DNA from: Candidatus Brocadiia bacterium
GTDB lineage: Bacteria; Planctomycetota; Brocadiia; SM23-32
Assembly: GCA_046538485.1 (NCBI GenBank)
Contig: JBKHIT010000018.1
Span: 17,166-81,165, forward strand
Reading direction: 5' to 3'
Length of the DNA stretch: 64,000 nucleotides
The notes under the pieces are model-generated. The model did not search any database, was not told the origin of the DNA, and saw only the letters and a list, made by a program, of their open reading frames with translations. Each line of letters begins with the position of its first letter. Position 1 is the stretch's first letter. Both the position numbers and the translations under genes were made by a program. Below, one piece after another: positions 38,519-49,784 of the stretch.

Positions 38519-39097
38519 ATGTCCGGCGATCAAAAAACAGGTTGGCTTCGACATCTGATCACATTCATCTTCATTTTCGCCGTCGGAGGATTCATGATGC
38601 ATCGGGGTGGCTGCTTGAAAAGTCAGCCGCCGCTTCGTCCGGAAAATGCCCGCATCGTCGATTTAAAAATCCAGGACTGGCAGATACAAGCGGAAATTGC
38701 CGATACCCCTGAGCTTCGCCAAAAAGGTCTGCAGGGGCGACAACATCTCCCCCAGGGCTCGGGCATGCTGTTCATACTTGATGAACCGCGGGTACCACAG
38801 TTCTGGATGAAAGATACAACAATCGAACTGTCAATTGCTTTCATTAAAGAAGACGGTACTATTGTCTCGATCAAACAAATGGAGCCGCGCAGTCCCGTAC
38901 ACATAAGCCCTGAGGAACCGGTAAAGTACGCTCTGGAGGTCCGCCAGGGGTGGTTTGCTGACCGGCATATTGGAGCGGGGGCAAAAGTGGAGATCCCGGA
39001 AGATATCCCCTCTGCCCCACCGCCCACGCCCGCAGAAACTGAGGGAGAAATGGAAACACCTACGACAGAAACGCCCCCGGCGGTTCCCGCTCCGTAA
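38519..39097 (+). CDS. DUF192 family protein
   Basis: AEIADTP...GL...GMLF...FWMKDT...LSIAFI...YALEV. Confidence 0.88.
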   Translation: MSGDQKTGWLRHLITFIFIFAVGGFMMHRGGCLKSQPPLRPENARIVDLKIQDWQIQAEIADTPELRQKGLQGRQHLPQGSGMLFILDEPRVPQFWMKDTTIELSIAFIKEDGTIVSIKQMEPRSPVHISPEEPVKYALEVRQGWFADRHIGAGAKVEIPEDIPSAPPPTPAETEGEMETPTTETPPAVPAP

Positions 39098-39517
39098 GGC
39101 CACGGCGCAAGATTCATACCCGATCCTGCATCCTTGCTATAGCCTGCATCTTACGGATGCAGGCTATATAAAACGGCGCGTGCCGTTCAAGCGTAAGAAC
39201 TTACAACAACAAAAAGTGTTCACAATTTACGGCCAGTGCTACTCTGCCGGAAGATGTCTGTATGTTCCTTGTGAAAAAGGCGTTAAAGCAAACCGTTTCG
39301 CAACGTCGCGTTCGACTCGTTGCTGATCACGAATTTTAAGTTGTCAGATTTATGCGCCGTTTTTTTTAGTCCGGATTTTTGGCTCAGAATGGTTATGAAC
39401 GGTGTTCAATAAACAAGCCGCGTGCAATTTGGCAATAGTGGGTTCAAATTATCCGTAAAATCCGGGCTAGCAGATTCCGGCAACTCCGCGTAACTTCCCA
39501 TCCCAGCGAGGCCCATC

Positions 39518-40303
39518 GTGAAAATAATCGTCTGTGTCAAACAGGTCCCCGACACCACGAAAGTAGAAATTGACCCAGAGACTAAAACGCTCGTTCGGAA
39601 AGGTGTTGAGAGCGTGCTGAATCCGCTCGACACCTTCGCGGTCGAAGAAGCGCTTCGTCTACGCGATCAACATGGTGGCAGCGTCACGGCCTTATCGCTG
39701 GGTCCGCCGCAGGCCGAACAGATGCTGCGAGAAACACTGGCGTTCGGAGTCGACGAAGCGGCTCTGGTAAGTGGACGCGAATTCGCAGGTTCAGACACCT
39801 GGGCCACATCCTATGCGCTCGCACGCGCCACCGAACACCTTGGAGATTTCGATCTGATCCTCTGTGGCAAACAGGCCATTGACGGCGACACCGCGCACGT
39901 GGGGCCGGAAATGGCGGTCCACCTGGGGCTCCCACAACTAACATACGTCCGGCGCATCCATAGCATCGAAAATAAAACCCTTGTTGCAGAACGGCTCACA
40001 GACCGCGGCTATCAGACTGTCTCCGTTCCACTCCCCGCGGTCCTCACAGTGGTCAAAGATCTCAACGAACCCCGTCTGCCAAACCTTGCCGATCTGCACC
40101 GAGGCCGATTCGCCAGAATAAATCCAATGGGTGCCGATCCCATCAATGCTGACCTATCGCAGATCGGACTGGATGGCTCGCCGACGCGGGTCGTGCATAT
40201 TTTCGCGCCAGATACCCACCGGGCGGGACGAATGTTTGAAGAAAACATAGACGAGGGCATGGAAGAAGTCGCAGACCTGCTCGAACAGGAGGGTCTGGTT
40301 TGA
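39518..40303 (+). CDS. etfB: Electron transfer flavoprotein beta subunit
   Basis: IIVCVKQVPDT, GSDTWATS, GKQAIDGDTAHVGP, GSPTRV. Confidence 0.95.
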   Translation: MKIIVCVKQVPDTTKVEIDPETKTLVRKGVESVLNPLDTFAVEEALRLRDQHGGSVTALSLGPPQAEQMLRETLAFGVDEAALVSGREFAGSDTWATSYALARATEHLGDFDLILCGKQAIDGDTAHVGPEMAVHLGLPQLTYVRRIHSIENKTLVAERLTDRGYQTVSVPLPAVLTVVKDLNEPRLPNLADLHRGRFARINPMGADPINADLSQIGLDGSPTRVVHIFAPDTHRAGRMFEENIDEGMEEVADLLEQEGLV

Positions 40304-41517
40304 GTCATCTTCAAATTGACCACGAACGTTGCACCCTCTGCGAAAAATGCGTGGAATGCTGTCCTTTCGAAGCCCTTTCGATCAAAAACGAGCGGCTCCA
40401 GGTCGGGGAAGAATGTGTTCTGTGTGGAGCCTGTGTCAAAGAATGCCCCGAAGATGCCCTGAGTATCCCGGAAGAGAGCCCCGAACAGAAACCAGATCAG
40501 CAGGGTCTGGCCTCATACAGGGGGATTCTCGTTCTCTGCGAGCAACAAAATCAGGAACTCCATCCCGTCAGCCTCGAACTAATTGGCCGGGGGAGGCAAC
40601 TGGCCGACCAACGCTCGACAGCCCTCACGGCCGGCGTCCTGGGCGACGATGTCATGGCAGTTCTCAAAACACTGCGAAATTACCCGGTGGATCGGGTCGT
40701 AAAAATCGAAAGCTCCGAACTGAAATCGTTCCGAAGCGATCTCTATGCCAGGGTCTCGGCTGAGTTGATTCAGCGCGAAAAACCCGAAATTGTCCTTGCC
40801 GGTGCAACCTCCGCCGGTAGAGCTTTCCTGCCGCGCGTGGCAGCCCTGCTGCGAACCGGCCTGACGGCCGACTGCACGGGTCTGGAAATCGACGAAGAAA
40901 AGGGGCTGCTGTTGCAAACCCGCCCCGCTTTCGGCGGGAATATAATGGCCACCATTATCTGTCCGAAGCACCGACCGCAAATGGCAACCGTCCGTCCGAA
41001 CGTCCTGGAAAGACCGGAACCTCAGGATCGTTTGTCCAGCCCCGAGATTACCGCTTACGAACCGTCCGACCAATCGCTCGCTTCCGCACTGGAAATACTC
41101 GACGAACAAATCGCCGAAAAAGGGGAAACCAATATCGGCGAGGCCGATATCATCGTCTCGGGAGGACGCGGTGTAGGCTCTCCGGCGGGATTCAAAACCA
41201 TTCATGACCTGGCGGATGCTCTCGGGGGAATGGTCGCGGCCAGCCGGGCGGCCGTCGATTCGGGGTGGATCTCTTACCCCCATCAGGTCGGTCAGACCGG
41301 CAAAACAGTCCAACCGCGGCTCTATGTGGCGTGCGGGATCTCGGGAGCCGTCCAGCATCTCGTCGGAATGCAGAGCGCAGACACCATTATCGCCATCAAC
41401 ACTGACCCCGGAGCTCCGATCTTCGAAGTCGCTGACTACGGTTTTGTAGGCGATCTCCACACAATAGCTCCGCGGCTTGCCACAACCATTCGTCAGCGCA
41501 AGGAGATCAGCTCATGA
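40300..41517 (+). CDS. etfA: Electron transfer flavoprotein alpha subunit with N-terminal 2x[4Fe-4S] ferredoxin domain
   Basis: CTLCEKCVECCP and CVLCGACVKECP; GLTADCT, QVGQTGKTV, GISGAVQH. Confidence 0.95.
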   Translation: MSHLQIDHERCTLCEKCVECCPFEALSIKNERLQVGEECVLCGACVKECPEDALSIPEESPEQKPDQQGLASYRGILVLCEQQNQELHPVSLELIGRGRQLADQRSTALTAGVLGDDVMAVLKTLRNYPVDRVVKIESSELKSFRSDLYARVSAELIQREKPEIVLAGATSAGRAFLPRVAALLRTGLTADCTGLEIDEEKGLLLQTRPAFGGNIMATIICPKHRPQMATVRPNVLERPEPQDRLSSPEITAYEPSDQSLASALEILDEQIAEKGETNIGEADIIVSGGRGVGSPAGFKTIHDLADALGGMVAASRAAVDSGWISYPHQVGQTGKTVQPRLYVACGISGAVQHLVGMQSADTIIAINTDPGAPIFEVADYGFVGDLHTIAPRLATTIRQRKEISS

Positions 41518-43139
41518 ACCTCCTGGAATCCACACCTATCAGGACTGAGAAATGTCCGCGAATTGAAGACCGCAAACGGATAAGCGCGGAGTTCGCGGGA
41601 TACCTGGCCGATGAAAGCCGAACGCAGGCGGAAGGACTCGACGTCATTTTTTTCCCGGAAAACCCCGCACAGGTTGCCGGAGCTGTCACACAATGCCACG
41701 ATGCCGGGATGAAACTGACAGTTGCCGGCGCAAGAACGGGGATTGTCGGTGGCGCGGTGCCCCTTAAATCAGATGCTGTGGTTGCCCTGGAAAAACTCAA
41801 TCACATCAAATCCGTGCGATACGATCCAGACCGCGATGCCTTTTTCGCACGGGTCCAGCCCGGCCTCGTGCTCGCCGATTTTCAGGAAGCCCTCCGCACC
41901 ACGCGGCCAGCAGATTTGCCCTGGATCAGCGATAAAAACCGTGAGATGGGCATGAAAAAAATTAAAACTGCCGACGGACGCCTTTTTTACCCCGTCGATC
42001 CGACGGAAACTTCAGCTCAGATCGGGGGCACTGTGGCAACAAATGCCAGCGGTGCCCGCACCTTTCATTACGGTGCGACACGTGAATGGGTCGAAGGGGT
42101 GACCGTTGTCCTCAGTTCGGGAGAAATACTGCAGCTTCGTCGGGGCGACGCGACGGCCGACGATGGCATCTTCCGGCTCGCCAATTCTCTCGGGCAAGAA
42201 ACCACCATTGACCTGCCTGATCTGAACATTCCCGACACCAAACATACGGCCGGTTACTATCTCGTACACGGTATGGATGCCGTTGATCTGTTCGTGGGGA
42301 GCGAAGGAACGCTTGGCCTATTGGTCGAAATCGAACTCCGTCTGGCGTTCGAACCACCGGAACGATTGTTCCTCACAGCATTTTTGCCCTCCGAAGAAAA
42401 CGTCATTGAATTTGTCAACAGAGCGCGCATCTCTGAAGAGATCGACCCGCTTGCTATCGAATACATCGGCCCAAAAGCTCTGGACCTTCTCAGGGACAAA
42501 CGGCGGAAAGAAGGGGCTTCAAGCGGCGTGCCACCTCTGGATGGAAATGCCGGCTGCGCGGTTTACCTGGAGATTAAGTTCGACGGGGACGATGAATTTC
42601 GGAAGATCTACGATTTTCTGGAGCAAGAATTGCAGGTGGCCGGGACAACGGCGTCAAAAAGCTGGGCCGGTTTTTCGCCGGGAGAACTCGGTCGTATGAA
42701 AGAGTTCCGGCACGCGGTCCCCGAATATGTCAACGGTATTATCGGGCGACGCCAGCGGAAAGTGCCGGCGTTGCATAAAATTGGCACCGACATGGCGGTC
42801 CCCAATGAACGGCTCGGAGACGTGATGTCGGTCTACCGCAAAACCCTTGAAGATTCCGGCCTGCAATACGTGATTTTCGGTCATATCGGCGATAACCATC
42901 TTCACATTAACATTCTCCCCGAGAATAAAGCCGAACTCGACCGGGCGATGGCACTCTATAAAAGTTTTGCCGACAATGTGGTGGCAATGGAAGGAAGCGT
43001 CTCTGCCGAACACGGGATTGGACGAATCAAACGGGATTTTCTATCAGTACAATTTTCCAACGAAGAGCTCGAGCAAATGGAAAATGTGCGTCGCCAGTTC
43101 GACCCCGAAGGAATGTTCAATCCCGGAGTTTTGTTCTGA
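41514..43139 (+). CDS. FAD-linked oxidoreductase (D-lactate dehydrogenase/GlcD family)
   Basis: GGTVATNASG, GSEGTLG, GHIGDNHLH, SAEHGIG, DPEGMFNPG. Confidence 0.9.
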   Translation: MNLLESTPIRTEKCPRIEDRKRISAEFAGYLADESRTQAEGLDVIFFPENPAQVAGAVTQCHDAGMKLTVAGARTGIVGGAVPLKSDAVVALEKLNHIKSVRYDPDRDAFFARVQPGLVLADFQEALRTTRPADLPWISDKNREMGMKKIKTADGRLFYPVDPTETSAQIGGTVATNASGARTFHYGATREWVEGVTVVLSSGEILQLRRGDATADDGIFRLANSLGQETTIDLPDLNIPDTKHTAGYYLVHGMDAVDLFVGSEGTLGLLVEIELRLAFEPPERLFLTAFLPSEENVIEFVNRARISEEIDPLAIEYIGPKALDLLRDKRRKEGASSGVPPLDGNAGCAVYLEIKFDGDDEFRKIYDFLEQELQVAGTTASKSWAGFSPGELGRMKEFRHAVPEYVNGIIGRRQRKVPALHKIGTDMAVPNERLGDVMSVYRKTLEDSGLQYVIFGHIGDNHLHINILPENKAELDRAMALYKSFADNVVAMEGSVSAEHGIGRIKRDFLSVQFSNEELEQMENVRRQFDPEGMFNPGVLF

Positions 43140-43431
43140 ACGGGGAAAAGCGAGCCATCCGAAACCGCAGAAATAGCCCGCTTTTATCAAGCAGTGCCTG
43201 TGCGGGAGCTGCGCGGAAGCCAAACGAAGGACGAGGAGCGCCCGCAGCCGCTGGTGTAGGTCGAACCATAAATATCCCCACCGCGGGGGGGATAGTATTC
43301 GTTTCGTGAGTCGGCCAACTTTTCCCAAGCTGAACCAAACGGCCTATTTCCGTCAATACGCTTTGGCTAATCCGGGCGCTGCCATATAATGCATTTGTAT
43401 AGTCTTTGTTCAAATATCAGAGAGAGCCGCC

Positions 43432-44400
43432 ATGCCGGACGATATGAAAAAGAAATTGGATGACCTTATCGACGACGGCAAATCGGAGCCGAAAAACCCC
43501 CAAAAAGACTCGGAAGAACTCCAAAGCGCCGTGCGACGGTGGCGGAAACAGTGCGAGGAACGCGTTTCCAAAAAAGCCGATAAAGAAATCCGATACGAGC
43601 GCGACATTCCCCGCATATCCTGCAATAATCCGGCGAACGATCGCAACCCGTCCTCGACCCGGGTCTCCCTCGAAGATGCTGTCGAAGGAGAAGAAGTATC
43701 CGTGCGGAAAGGCAGGACCATTTATCTGATTGAAACCGCGTTCTCGGAAAAACCGGAACACATCGAGTTGTACAGTGAATTCATCGAGGCGCTCTCAAAA
43801 CCACAATCCGGACTCCGTCATAGAATGCGCGATCTCTGGCCCGCGGAGGGTTTAGAACCGGAAGATATCGTTTTCATGGACCTTGAAACCACCGGGCTGG
43901 GCAGTTCCCCCCTCTTCCTGATCGGTTCCATGGAATGTGAGAACGATCAATTAATTGTGCGCCAGTATCTTGCGCGCGACTACTCGGAAGAACCGGCGGC
44001 CATATTGCTGTTCAATCAGCGTTTCGCCGACAAAAAAATGCTCGTAACATTCAACGGAAAAAGTTTTGACCTGCCGTATCTACGCACACGGGCAGCAGCA
44101 ACGGGGGTCGATCTGGCCGAAGAGCCGCTTCATTTCGATCTCCTCCATGTCTGCCGTCGCGTCTGGAAAAATCAATTGCCCAACTGTAAGCTCCAGACGC
44201 TCGAAACTTACATCTGTGGTCGTCCTCGGAACGGGGACATTCCCGGCGAACAGATCCCCGCGGCCTATCATCAGTTCGTGCGGAGCGGCAATGCCAACCA
44301 GATGGTAAAAATCCTCAAACATAACATGCTCGATATCGTTACAATGGCCGATATCATGCGTCGTTTCACGCAACCGCCTGAGGGAAATTCGGACTCCTGA
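43432..44400 (+). CDS. RNase H-like/DEDD exonuclease (YprB/MrfB-like)
   Basis: FMDLETTGL, TFNGKSFD, HFDLL, HNMLD; adjacent to a DUF1998 helicase. Confidence 0.88.
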   Translation: MPDDMKKKLDDLIDDGKSEPKNPQKDSEELQSAVRRWRKQCEERVSKKADKEIRYERDIPRISCNNPANDRNPSSTRVSLEDAVEGEEVSVRKGRTIYLIETAFSEKPEHIELYSEFIEALSKPQSGLRHRMRDLWPAEGLEPEDIVFMDLETTGLGSSPLFLIGSMECENDQLIVRQYLARDYSEEPAAILLFNQRFADKKMLVTFNGKSFDLPYLRTRAAATGVDLAEEPLHFDLLHVCRRVWKNQLPNCKLQTLETYICGRPRNGDIPGEQIPAAYHQFVRSGNANQMVKILKHNMLDIVTMADIMRRFTQPPEGNSDS

Positions 44401-44410
44401 AACCGACACA

Positions 44411-47284
44411 ATGACCAGCTTCGAATCATTCATCCGCGAACTTGAAGATTCCCCTGAATACCAGGGACAAATCGTTCATATCCGCCGGGTCGAACCGAGG
44501 GACGCCAGGTACGGGGAGCTGGGGCGGCCCTTTCCTGCTCCGATCGAAAGGGTTCTGGAAGATCGCGGGATCGAACGGCTCTACTCCCACCAGGCTCTGG
44601 CCACCAATATGGCCCGAGATGGCCAAGATGTGCTCATCACAACAGGTACCGCCAGCGGGAAGACTCTCTGCTATGCCCTCCCGATTCTGGAAACGTTGCT
44701 CCAGGGGCGCCGGTCGCGTTCGCTCCTCCTCTTCCCCACAAAAGCTCTCACCCAGGACCAATTTCGGGGATTCTCCCGGGCGATGGAATCGGCGGTAATC
44801 GATGAATCGCTCGCCGGCGTCTACGATGGCGATACGCCCTCCTCACTTCGGAAAAAACTGCGCACAAACGCCTCGGCGATATTCAGCAACCCCGACATGC
44901 TTCATGCTTCGATTATGCCTCAACACGGGCGCTGGGCGGAATTTATTGCCAATCTCGAGTATCTGGTCCTCGATGAAATCCACGTTTATAACGGCATATT
45001 TGGCTCGAACATGGCCAACCTCATGCATCGTTTCTGGCGCATTTGTGAGCGCTACGGCTCAGATCCGCAGATCATTGCCTGTTCGGCCACCATCGCCAAC
45101 CCCGCCGAACTCGCTGAACGCCTGACCGGCCGTGAAATGGAAGTTATCAGCGAAGACGGAAGCCCGCGAGGTGGCAGAACGTACCTGTTCTGGAACCCGC
45201 CAACGGTCCGCGAAAGAGATTGGCGTTCGCGCCGAAGCGCAAACGTTGAGGCCCACGACCTGATGGTCCGGTTGGTCCAGCAGGGTATTCCCACAATCGT
45301 TTTCTCGAAAGCCCGCGTCACCGCTGAGATGATCTACCGCTACGTGCGGGACAAACTCCGGGAGGAAACCCCGCAACTCGCGGGCAAAATCTGCCCCTAC
45401 CGGGGCGGCTATCTACCTGAAGAACGCCGTGAGATCGAGCGCCGACTCTTCGAGGGCGAATTGATGGGCGTCAGCACCACGCCAGCGCTGGAACTCGGAA
45501 TCGATGTCGGCGTGCTCGATGCCAGCGTGGTCGTGGGCTACCCGGGAACCCTCGCCTCGTTCTTCCAACAGGCCGGTCGGGCCGGTCGCGAGGAACGGGA
45601 CGCCCTGGTGATACTGATCGGCATTGACACAGCAACCAACCAGTACGTGATGACGGAACCCGATTACATTTTCGGGCGCCCCATCGAAGCAGCGGTCCTC
45701 GAGCCCGAAAACCCCTTTGTGACGCTGGGACACCTACGCTGTGCAAGCCATGAGCTGCCACTCAGCGATGAAGAAGCCGATTCCTTCGGGCCGGATTCCG
45801 ACCTCGTCCTGAGCGTTCTTGAGGAAAACCACAAAATCCACCGGATCGATGACAAATGGTACCACTCGGCAAGCGAAATCCCCCACCACGAGCTGGCGCT
45901 TCGCTACGCGTACGGTGAGACCGTGATGATCGAGGACGAAGAAACGGGTGAGGTCATCGAGGAAGTGGACAAAGCCGACGCACCGCCTCTTGTACATCCG
46001 GACGCCATTTACCTGCACAACGGAGAAACCTGGCGTGTGCTGGATCTGGACATGGAACGCAACATCGCCACCGTCCGGCGGATCGACGTCGATTATTACA
46101 CGCAGCCGCTCGGCGGAGCCGATGTTCATCACATCGATCTGAAACTGCGCGAAAAGCCTTTCGGGACGGGTGTGGCACATTGGGGCGAAGTGACGGCCTA
46201 TGACCGGACTGTGGGATACGAAAAGATCCACTTCTACGAACTCGATGCCATCAGCCGTCACGGACTTAACCTGCCGCCGCTGACCCTGGAGACAATGGCG
46301 TTCTGGATCGAGCCCCACGAACCACTTCTGGCCCGAGTTCGTAACGCCGGGCTAAACACCCACAGCGGTCTACGCGGCGTCGGCTACGCCACGCGTATGT
46401 TGCTGCCGCTGTTCATCACATGTAACACCCTCGATTTCTCCCACACCATTGGCAGCGCGAACTCCCCGTGGCAATCGATTTTCGTCTACGAACTCTACAC
46501 TCACGGGCTGGGGTTTACAGAAAAAGCCTATGAGCGGCTCGGCGAAATCATGCCAGCCGTCCTTGAACACATAAAATCCTGCGACTGCGAGGACGGATGC
46601 CCCGCGTGTGTTGGCAAACCACTCCGGCAATTTGCCTCCTGGAACGTCGAACGCCACGAGGGGGCCGTGCCGAGCCGGGAATCCGCAATTATGATTCTCG
46701 AAGGTCTGCTGGGCGATCGCTCGGCCCTGGATTGTCCGGACCGCACAAACCTGGCGGACCGAACCGACGGTGAAAAAGCGCGCCTGCGGAAAGCCCTCCG
46801 CCGGAGACTCGAGCGGATGCGCGAACCGCGTCTGCTCCACCGGATTGAACCGCCCCCCCCGGAAGGATACCCTGAGCCGATCGAAGAAGAAGTCCTGGAC
46901 CGCCCCGATGTGGCACAGCGACGCCGCAGCCGACGCGATTTCCACAAGAAGCTGCGTCAGCGTCTCGAACAAAATATCCCCGACGAACGTCTTTCCCCGG
47001 AAACCGGGAAAAACGGTGCTCCTCAGGGTATGAAACGCGGACGCGGAAGCCGAAAACCAATTGATTTCCCCGGAGCACCGCTGGTCAGAGATACCAGGGC
47101 GGCCGACATTCGCGGACGCTATGAGCCCCAAGAAACACAATCGGCCCCCGAGGAGGCGTCCGTCGAAGGAGAAAAGCCCACAAACAACGAGGAAAAAGCA
47201 ACAGGCGAACAGCCGCGGAGCCTGGGAGATTCAATTGCTTCGCGGGCACGAAAACTGAAGAAAAAACGATCTGAAAACGAATGA
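44411..47284 (+). CDS. SF2 DEAD/DEAH helicase with DUF1998 zinc-binding domain (YprA/MrfA/Hrq1-like)
   Basis: LYSHQ, TASGKT, PTKAL, NPDML, DEIH, SAT, ELGIDVG, QAGRAGR, CDCEDGCPAC. Confidence 0.92.
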   Translation: MTSFESFIRELEDSPEYQGQIVHIRRVEPRDARYGELGRPFPAPIERVLEDRGIERLYSHQALATNMARDGQDVLITTGTASGKTLCYALPILETLLQGRRSRSLLLFPTKALTQDQFRGFSRAMESAVIDESLAGVYDGDTPSSLRKKLRTNASAIFSNPDMLHASIMPQHGRWAEFIANLEYLVLDEIHVYNGIFGSNMANLMHRFWRICERYGSDPQIIACSATIANPAELAERLTGREMEVISEDGSPRGGRTYLFWNPPTVRERDWRSRRSANVEAHDLMVRLVQQGIPTIVFSKARVTAEMIYRYVRDKLREETPQLAGKICPYRGGYLPEERREIERRLFEGELMGVSTTPALELGIDVGVLDASVVVGYPGTLASFFQQAGRAGREERDALVILIGIDTATNQYVMTEPDYIFGRPIEAAVLEPENPFVTLGHLRCASHELPLSDEEADSFGPDSDLVLSVLEENHKIHRIDDKWYHSASEIPHHELALRYAYGETVMIEDEETGEVIEEVDKADAPPLVHPDAIYLHNGETWRVLDLDMERNIATVRRIDVDYYTQPLGGADVHHIDLKLREKPFGTGVAHWGEVTAYDRTVGYEKIHFYELDAISRHGLNLPPLTLETMAFWIEPHEPLLARVRNAGLNTHSGLRGVGYATRMLLPLFITCNTLDFSHTIGSANSPWQSIFVYELYTHGLGFTEKAYERLGEIMPAVLEHIKSCDCEDGCPACVGKPLRQFASWNVERHEGAVPSRESAIMILEGLLGDRSALDCPDRTNLADRTDGEKARLRKALRRRLERMREPRLLHRIEPPPPEGYPEPIEEEVLDRPDVAQRRRSRRDFHKKLRQRLEQNIPDERLSPETGKNGAPQGMKRGRGSRKPIDFPGAPLVRDTRAADIRGRYEPQETQSAPEEASVEGEKPTNNEEKATGEQPRSLGDSIASRARKLKKKRSENE

Positions 47285-47377
47285 GCAACGCCTTCCCGGC
47301 AAATGGTAGAAATGACAGGATGGCTCCCGGCCATTTTCGATTGCGAGGAACCGTCATTTTGGAAGCGGGGGGACGGG

Positions 47378-49641
47378 ATGATCGATGATGAGAAAAAAAT
47401 TTGTCCGAAGTACGGCAAATCGCTGGTCACCCGAGCGGACCAGGGAGCCCCAGCAAAATGTCCCTATTGCGGAGCGAAAACGGAACCGGCCGAAGATGTG
47501 AACGAAAACTGGGATACGCAGGATCTCCAGTATCTCCCGTCCGAAAACGTATCCCTTGAGGAAATCGAATCCATCTGGGCCGATTCCGTCTCCGGTATTC
47601 AGGACGCAACTGTCTCGATCGAACCGGAACAACGGGAAACCGAGACGCCGACAAACCTCTCCATCAAGCAGAAATCCCTCAACTGGGCACCGATTCCGGA
47701 CGAATCGGCAGCTGACTATGAACTGTTGAAACAGATCGGCGAAGGCGGTATGGGCGTTGTCTATTCGGCCAGACAAACCTCGTTTGATCGCGACATTGCC
47801 CTCAAAATGATGAAAGAGGACTCGGCTCAGAGCCCCGCTGCCCGCGCCCGATTCCTCTCCGAAGCCGCCGTTACCGGCGATCTCGACCACCCGAATATCG
47901 TTCCGGTCCACGATCTCGGTTCGGATGACCAGGATCATCTGTTCTACGCCATGAAAAACGCGCGCGGCCATCGCTGGGAAGAGGCCCTTGCCGCTAATTC
48001 CAAACAGGAAAACCTCGACATCCTGCTGCGCCTGGCCGATGCCGTTGCATTCGCACATTCCAAAGGCGTGGTTCACCGGGATCTCAAACCTGAGAATGTC
48101 ATGCTCGGAGAGTTCGGCGAAGTTCTCCTCATGGATTGGGGGCTGGCCGTCTCGTTCAGTGAAATGGGAAAAGCCGAACCGGTTGGCTCTCAAACTGGTC
48201 CCGGCGGAACGCCCGTGTATATGGCTCCAGAAATGGCGCAAGCCGATTCTGAGAAAATCGGCCCGGCAAGCGATATTTATCTGCTCGGGGCTATTCTATA
48301 CGAAATTCTCACCGAGCGGCCGCCGCATACCGGCAACAACGTGATGCATTGTCTGATGAATGCAGCTCATAACCGGATCCAGCCAGCCGAAACCGAAGGT
48401 GAGCTGCTGGATGTGGCAAAAAAAGCGATGGCCACTGACATCTTGCATCGTTACGAAACCGTACAGGACTTTCAGAACGCCATCCGGGAATGCCGGGCCC
48501 ACCACGAAAGTCTCGCCCTTTCCTCACGCGCCGACGATCTGCTGCACCAGGCCCGCGAAACGGGCGAATACGACATGTTTTCGCGCGCTCTGCTAAGTTT
48601 TGAGGAAGCGCTCAACCTCTGGCCGGAAAACCACCATGCCCGGGAAGGAACAGCTGAAACCGCACTCGAATACGCAGAATCGGCTTATAAAAACCGCGAT
48701 CTGGACCTTGCGGAGCCGCTGCTGGACCCGGAGGATGATCGCCACCGCGGCCTGCTGAGCAAAGTGGGATCCGCCCGGCGGGAGCGCGACGCCCGCCGCA
48801 AGCGCCTCCGGTTCTTCAAATACGGTTCGGCCACGCTGGTGGGAGTGGTCCTGCTGGTCATGACGGTGGCTTTTTTCTGGATCCACAGCGAAAGAAACCG
48901 GGCGGTTCGCTCCGAGAAAAACGCCGTGGCCGCCCGAAATCGGGAGCAGAAGCAGCGCCGGAAAGCCGAAAATGCGCTCCGGCGTGCGGAACGCGAAAAT
49001 TACTACCATAGCATTGCGCTCGCCGACCAGCACATCCAGAACCGCGAGTTCGACAAACAGAAAACCCTTCCGAAATAACAGCCTTATCGACAATTGACCG
49101 TGCAGCCCGCAGTCTGGCATTCTCCACCAATGGAAAATGGCTGGCGTGTGGCGGAGGAGACGGCGCTCTACAGATATGGGAAACGGACTCATGCCAAGAA
49201 CGCCTTGAGATTCGCGCTCATAGTGGATGCACGCATTCGGTTTCTTTCTCTCCGAATAACAAACGTTTAATCAGCGCCGGAGAAGAGGGAAAGGCGCGGC
49301 TCTGGCAAATCCCATCGGGGAAACTTACCCGTGTCCTGCGCGGCCACACCGACGGAGTTAACGTGGCCGATTTCTCGCCGGACGGTTCACGAATAGTAAC
49401 TGCCGGCAAAGACAAAACCGCCCGGATTTGGGATGCTCACACCGGGCGACAGCTTTTGTGTTTGCGTCCGAAACTGGGAGAAATTTTTTCGATCCGCTTT
49501 TCCACGGACGGCCGGCAGCTTTTGGTCTGCGGCAAAACAGGGTCAAAAATTGCTCTCGCAGTTAACAGTTCCTTCTCCTCGAAAACCCTATATGAGCAGA
49601 AAAGGAAAGCGTGGGTACTCAGGTGGGAGAAGACGCATTAG
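47378..49641 (+). pseudogene. Ser/Thr protein kinase-WD40 gene broken by an out-of-frame junction near 49055
   Basis: Kinase motifs (GEGGMG, HRDLKPEN, DWG, GTPVYMAPE) plus a membrane helix stop at 49078. WD40 repeats continue in another frame without a start: LAFSTNGKWLACGGGDGALQIWE, AHSGCTHSVSFSP...ARLWQ, GHTDGVNVADFSPDG...ARIWD. Confidence 0.8.
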
Positions 49642-49784
49642 ACCTTGCGCGATCTGGTAAATCGATGCCGAAAAGATGGCGCTGACTTGCGAAACAAGGA
49701 AATTGACGATAGACTTATTTTAGTTCTCGGTACGGTCAAACGGGTGAGGGGCTTTCTTGATAAAGACCCAGGATTAAAAAAGGT

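Noticed and set aside
44411..47284. DISARM or Druantia defence system
   Set aside because: No methylase, DrmA/DrmC or Dru partner genes; the YprB-like neighbour points to DNA repair.
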